Positions 59,504 to 62,944 of a stretch of 62,944 nucleotides of DNA are shown here, in pieces. Origin of the DNA: Clostridium sp. (GTDB lineage: Bacteria > Bacillota > Clostridia > Lachnospirales > Lachnospiraceae); contig JAMPGS010000001.1 in assembly GCA_023663815.1 (NCBI GenBank), forward strand, positions 1-62,944, written 5' to 3'. The translations under genes and the position numbers were made by a program. Within the stretch, counting starts at the first letter, position 1, and each line of letters begins with the position of its first letter. Under the pieces are notes generated by a model. That model made no database searches and had not been told where the DNA came from. It worked only from the letters and a program-made list of their open reading frames with translations.

Positions 59504-59926
59504 TTAATTATCACCAGTAACAAGCCCTATAAATTCATCTGGCAGGATGGCTTGAACTTTGGATTTCTCATAGTCCTTAATATTTCTGGTGATAATATAA
59601 TTTATATGATTGCGTTTTGCACAACATGAAAGGACTGCATCTTCATAGTCGTTTACTTCTGATAATAACGCCTCCCGACAATCAGCAGATATTACATCTA
59701 GTATATAGAACAATTCATATAATTTTGCCATAACATTTTTTGCCTGTTCTGTGCTGTGTAGATACTTTTTTACAAGATAATAAATATCCGTAGCCGAGCT
59801 TGCTGTAATGTACATGTCCTCAATTTGGTTTGCCGCCATTAAAAATATTTGTTCTGCCGCTTCTTTAAAAGGCTCTCTGCTAGTCAATGCATCAATTATC
59901 ACGTTAGTGTCTATAAGAATTTTCAT
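59504..59926 (-). CDS. PIN-domain toxin (VapC-like)
   Basis: ILIDTNVIID, DYEDAV, IITRNIKDY. Confidence 0.9.
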   Translation of the reverse strand: MKILIDTNVIIDALTSREPFKEAAEQIFLMAANQIEDMYITASSATDIYYLVKKYLHSTEQAKNVMAKLYELFYILDVISADCREALLSEVNDYEDAVLSCCAKRNHINYIITRNIKDYEKSKVQAILPDEFIGLVTGDN

Positions 59927-60141
59927 TATTTAACTGCCAGCCTTTCCCCTTTTGAAACATCTATGTCTGCTTCTGTAGGTAAAATGCCAAATAATGATTG
60001 CGCCGTACTTATCCTATCCTCGTGAGGATTTGTTAATTTTGCGATTATTTTACCGTTCTTTGTTATATAAATATCCTCTTGGGCGGAAAGTATTAAATAC
60101 TTTCCAAGATTTTGCTTTAATTCTGTTGCTGTTATTGACAT
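59926..60141 (-). CDS. Phd/YefM family antitoxin
   Basis: ITATELKQNLGKYL, IYITKNGK; stop overlaps the toxin start. Confidence 0.9.
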   Translation of the reverse strand: MSITATELKQNLGKYLILSAQEDIYITKNGKIIAKLTNPHEDRISTAQSLFGILPTEADIDVSKGERLAVK

Positions 60142-60154
60142 ATCACTACTCCTT

Positions 60155-60193
60155 TCGCACTATTATTATATATTATTCGTGCGATTATGTAAA
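60155..60193 (-). promoter_or_regulatory. TA promoter with overlapping inverted-repeat operator
   Basis: Minus strand TTTACA (60193-60188), 17 bp, TATAAT (60170-60165); TCGCAC (60155) / GTGCGA (60179) flank the -10. Confidence 0.75.
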
Positions 60194-60279
60194 TGCACTC
60201 GTGCTTTTTATAATATTCATATAAAAGTTAAAGAAATACCGTATCTAATACAGAAAAATTGCACGAATTATTGCAATTT

Positions 60280-61476
60280 TTAAGGTGCCTCCGACGCGGC
60301 AAACAACGTTTTCATAATCTGCAGAACCCGGTGAATATAAGTATGCTGTTCTCGCGTCTTTTTTAACCCGTTTTGCGCAATTTTATTTCGGATATCATCA
60401 TGAGCCAGATAAAAAGCAATCTTTTCTTTTAATTCGTTAAGATTTTCATAACACTCCAAATCCTCCCCAATTGTAAAATATTCGGGAATTTCACTTTGAT
60501 AATTGGAAATAAGGAATCCGCCGCATCCCAAAATATCCCAAATCCGCTGGGACAAGCCGCTTTGGATAGAGCGCATGGTAATATTTAAGTTGATTTTGCT
60601 GAAACGGAAAACTAGCGGCATTTCGGAATGTGTGGACACGCCGCCGCAGCAGCGGATGCCGGAGATATTTTGCAGGTCGGAGGTATCGCTTCGAGTATAT
60701 AAATTGACGGAAAATTCTCTTCCGAGCTCCTGTAACGTGCGGATTCGCTCCAACGCGGAGGCCTCCATGCCCAGATAATAGTGGGAAAGAACGTAGGAAT
60801 CCGTATCGGTGAAGCAGTTTTCAGGCTTAAAAAAAGCGGAATCTGCTTTACGGACGGCGGCAAGCAGAGAGTTAGGCGGCGCTTCTTCCAAAAGAGAACA
60901 GCCGGGAACTTTGAGCTGGGCTTCAATGATTCCGTCCGCAAGCCCCCTATCAAAATTACTTAAAGAAAGGCTTTGAAGGGGGGATTTTTCCTTATACAAG
61001 GAACCGACAAAGGAAATATCGCAGTCGTAAAGCTCCCGTTCTTTTTGAGAAACGGAAGAAAGAGCTTGCTCCCACCTGTTAGTATTAGAGGCTAGAGGAA
61101 GATAGAAAATGCCTTCCGGGTTTTTCGGGTAAAATTTTTGATACTGCATGTAATCAAATAAAAAAATGCGATTGCACTTATTTCTAATAGAAAGTGAGAA
61201 CAATTCCAGCACGGGGCAGTCCACGCTTAAGGAAACATATAAAACGTGAAGCTTTTCGCAAATTTCGGATATATAAGGGAAAAAATTGATGCTGAACACA
61301 AAAGCGGGCTTATGAGTTAAAATCAGTTCTCCAAGGAGACGGATTCGCGCTTCCGAGCTGATGGATTTTTGATAAATTTCTGTAGAATCTTCAATAACGG
61401 CAATGCCGCAGGCATTGAACGCCTCTATTAAATCCGGCTCGCAAATGCTGCCGTAGCGGTGTATAATGATATTCAT
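60280..61476 (-). CDS. DUF3880 / CgeB-like glycosyltransferase
   Basis: FVFSINF, VDCP, DISFVGSLY, SKINLNIT, RIWDILGCGGFL, HTYIHR; start after GGAGG. Confidence 0.85.
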   Translation of the reverse strand: MNIIIHRYGSICEPDLIEAFNACGIAVIEDSTEIYQKSISSEARIRLLGELILTHKPAFVFSINFFPYISEICEKLHVLYVSLSVDCPVLELFSLSIRNKCNRIFLFDYMQYQKFYPKNPEGIFYLPLASNTNRWEQALSSVSQKERELYDCDISFVGSLYKEKSPLQSLSLSNFDRGLADGIIEAQLKVPGCSLLEEAPPNSLLAAVRKADSAFFKPENCFTDTDSYVLSHYYLGMEASALERIRTLQELGREFSVNLYTRSDTSDLQNISGIRCCGGVSTHSEMPLVFRFSKINLNITMRSIQSGLSQRIWDILGCGGFLISNYQSEIPEYFTIGEDLECYENLNELKEKIAFYLAHDDIRNKIAQNGLKKTREQHTYIHRVLQIMKTLFAASEAP

Positions 61477-61863
61477 AATAATCCTCCATGCCGCCGCCTG
61501 CAAATGTATGTATGCGTGTGCAGCGGCGTCAGTGCAAATTTGTCTGTGATAAAATCAGTTGTCGAGATGTTTTTTCACAGCAGGCCTTTTGAGAATTTTT
61601 TGCAGTAAGTCTTTTGAGAATGTAAAAAGGCAGTTTGATGTCTTTATTATATAGGATGGCGGGGGAAAAACAAAGGGGTATATAGAAAGCATAATAATAG
61701 AAATATCTAAAAGTGTAGTAATGAAGATAATAAATTGTTTATAAAAAATTTATTTTATATCTATTGAATAGTATCAGACGTTGATTTATATTAATAACTA
61801 ATCTAGTGAAGTTTTTTGATAATGAACAGCATATCTTTTGAGTGACAAATTAGTGTAAATCGC

Positions 61864-62283
61864 ATGGATTCCCAATTAGATAATAGTATGAAAGAAAAAG
61901 AAGAACTGATAAAGGTGGGGAAATATAATCCGCAATTTAATGAAATATTGGGAATAAATTTACAGGAGCTGGATATATATAGGTCAAAAGGCTTGCTTTT
62001 TCATATGATGAAGAGGAAACATTATAAATGCCTGAAATATATTGATTGTATATCTGATATAATATTGTCTCCTGATTATATAGGTATAAATCCCAATGAG
62101 CTCAATGCGAGCTTGGAGCTTATCAAACGATATGAAGATAATATTATGATAGGTATAAAATTAGATACTAATGGAGAGTATTTTTATGTGGCAACTATGC
62201 ATGATATACAGGAAGCAAAGATTTTAAGGCGGTTGTTTAGTGGAAGAATTAAGAAATATTTTATTGACAAAGAAGGCATGTAA
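61864..62283 (+). CDS. PBECR-like (Barnase/EndoU/colicin E5-D/RelE fold) RNase
   Basis: HMMKRKH, IILSPDYIGINP, LELIK, IGIKLD..YVATMH resemble PBECR2/3 domains; alternative start at 61888; AT-rich; no clear SD. Confidence 0.7.
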   Translation: MDSQLDNSMKEKEELIKVGKYNPQFNEILGINLQELDIYRSKGLLFHMMKRKHYKCLKYIDCISDIILSPDYIGINPNELNASLELIKRYEDNIMIGIKLDTNGEYFYVATMHDIQEAKILRRLFSGRIKKYFIDKEGM

Positions 62284-62293
62284 AGAGTATATT
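62264..62293 (+). promoter_or_regulatory. sigmaA promoter embedded in the 3' end of the nuclease gene
   Basis: TTGACA (62264-62269), 18 bp, TATATT (62288-62293). Confidence 0.7.
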
Positions 62294-62321
62294 TTATGTG
62301 AAAGGTAAATAAGATAATAAT

Positions 62322-62420
62322 AAGCATGATTATTTTGAGGTCGGAAATGGTTCCCGACGCACTCTTAACGGAGTACCTGAGATGATGGATACACCGCCCA
62401 TCCAAAATAAACATGCTTTT
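62322..62420 (+). ncRNA. Putative structured ncRNA (closing stem plus three hairpins)
   Basis: 62322-62337 pairs with 62403-62418 (15 of 16 bp); hairpins GTCGG/CCGAC, ACTC/GAGT, GATGG/CCATC; upstream promoter and trailing T-rich tract. Confidence 0.7.
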
Positions 62421-62556
62421 TATATTTTAGGCAACAAACGGCAAATTGATTTTTGCAAGCAGCGAGTAAAGTCATGCTTATATGACTTTAAAGATTGTCG
62501 TGGGGGTATTGGCTTTATAAGTAAGAGCAAAAACAAAAAAATTTTAAATTCAGGTA

Positions 62557-62583
62557 TAAAGTATTAGGAAAACGTTCCGATAT
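62557..62583 (+). promoter_or_regulatory. sigma28 promoter of flagellin
   Basis: TAAA, 15 bp, TCCGATAT. Confidence 0.85.
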
Positions 62584-62751
62584 ATTATACAAGTAAACGG
62601 AAGCACAGGTTTTAACGGAGGGTTTCCGAAAATTACTTAAAAAATTATGAGTGGATTTTGTTTTTGGATGCGTACGAATTCAAAAGCGAATCCGCCAAAA
62701 ATCACCAAACGTACGCAGGGACGCGGCGTTAAATTCAAGGAGGAATATATT

Positions 62752-62944
62752 ATGTCAATGATAGTACAACACAATCTCGCAGCAATGAACTCTAACAGAA
62801 TGTTAGGCGTGAACACAAGCTCTCAGTCAAAGGTTACTGAGAAATTATCATCCGGTTATAAGATTAACCGTGCAGCTGACGACGCAGCAGGCCTTTCCAT
62901 TTCCGAGAAAATGAGAAGGCAGATTAGAGGTCTTACACAGGCTT
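62752..62944 (+). CDS. fliC: Flagellin, 5' part (cut by the window edge; absent from the ORF track)
   Basis: SD AAGGAGGA; [53 protein letters not shown]. Confidence 0.97.
   Translation, partial: MSMIVQHNLAAMNSNRMLGVNTSSQSKVTEKLSSGYKINRAADDAAGLSISEKMRRQIRGLTQA

Noticed and set aside
62322-62420. tRNA gene or hammerhead ribozyme
   Set aside because: No canonical T-loop (TTCRA), anticodon arm or 7-bp acceptor stem; CTGAGAT does not match the hammerhead CUGANGA core
55985-62944. TnpB-derived RNA-guided repressor (TldR) associated with csrA/flagellin
   Set aside because: No TnpB/RuvC-like ORF is visible; the 139-aa ORF is too small and has different motifs

Overview
Chromosomal window from a motile, spore-forming Clostridia member, Lachnospiraceae-like by gene content and protein style (inference). 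In order: a nested IS junction; an Rpn/YhgA nuclease with an in-frame internal start; a LacI-xylB-DUF4867-like-isomerase pentose operon; MATE; HTH-Uma2; GH2; housekeeping genes (flavin reductase, YlmH, AEC, nrdDG with tandem NrdR boxes, HIT, LytTR); a ~16.5 kb Wzy-type polysaccharide locus that also carries a dTMP kinase, a MATE and a GH42; pseB, dipeptidase, LysM-GH18, GGDEF, UDP-sugar pyrophosphorylase, galE, upp and uraA; the sigma28 late flagellar cluster (flgM-flgN-flgK-flgK-flgL-fliW-csrA, flaG-fliD-fliS-fliT-like); a Phd-PIN toxin-antitoxin pair; a DUF3880 glycosyltransferase; and the start of flagellin. The best candidate for an undescribed system is the AT-rich cassette just upstream of flagellin. 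It is a PBECR-like RNase gene whose last codons hold a sigmaA promoter pointing into a ~100-nt RNA with a closing stem, three hairpins and a possible kissing loop, consistent with a nuclease/RNA-antitoxin module. Also notable: a homologous ~85-105 aa insert shared by FlgK2 and FlgL, two dispersed palindromic repeat families, and many degenerate short tandem arrays. All family calls come from reading motifs by eye; no database search was run.
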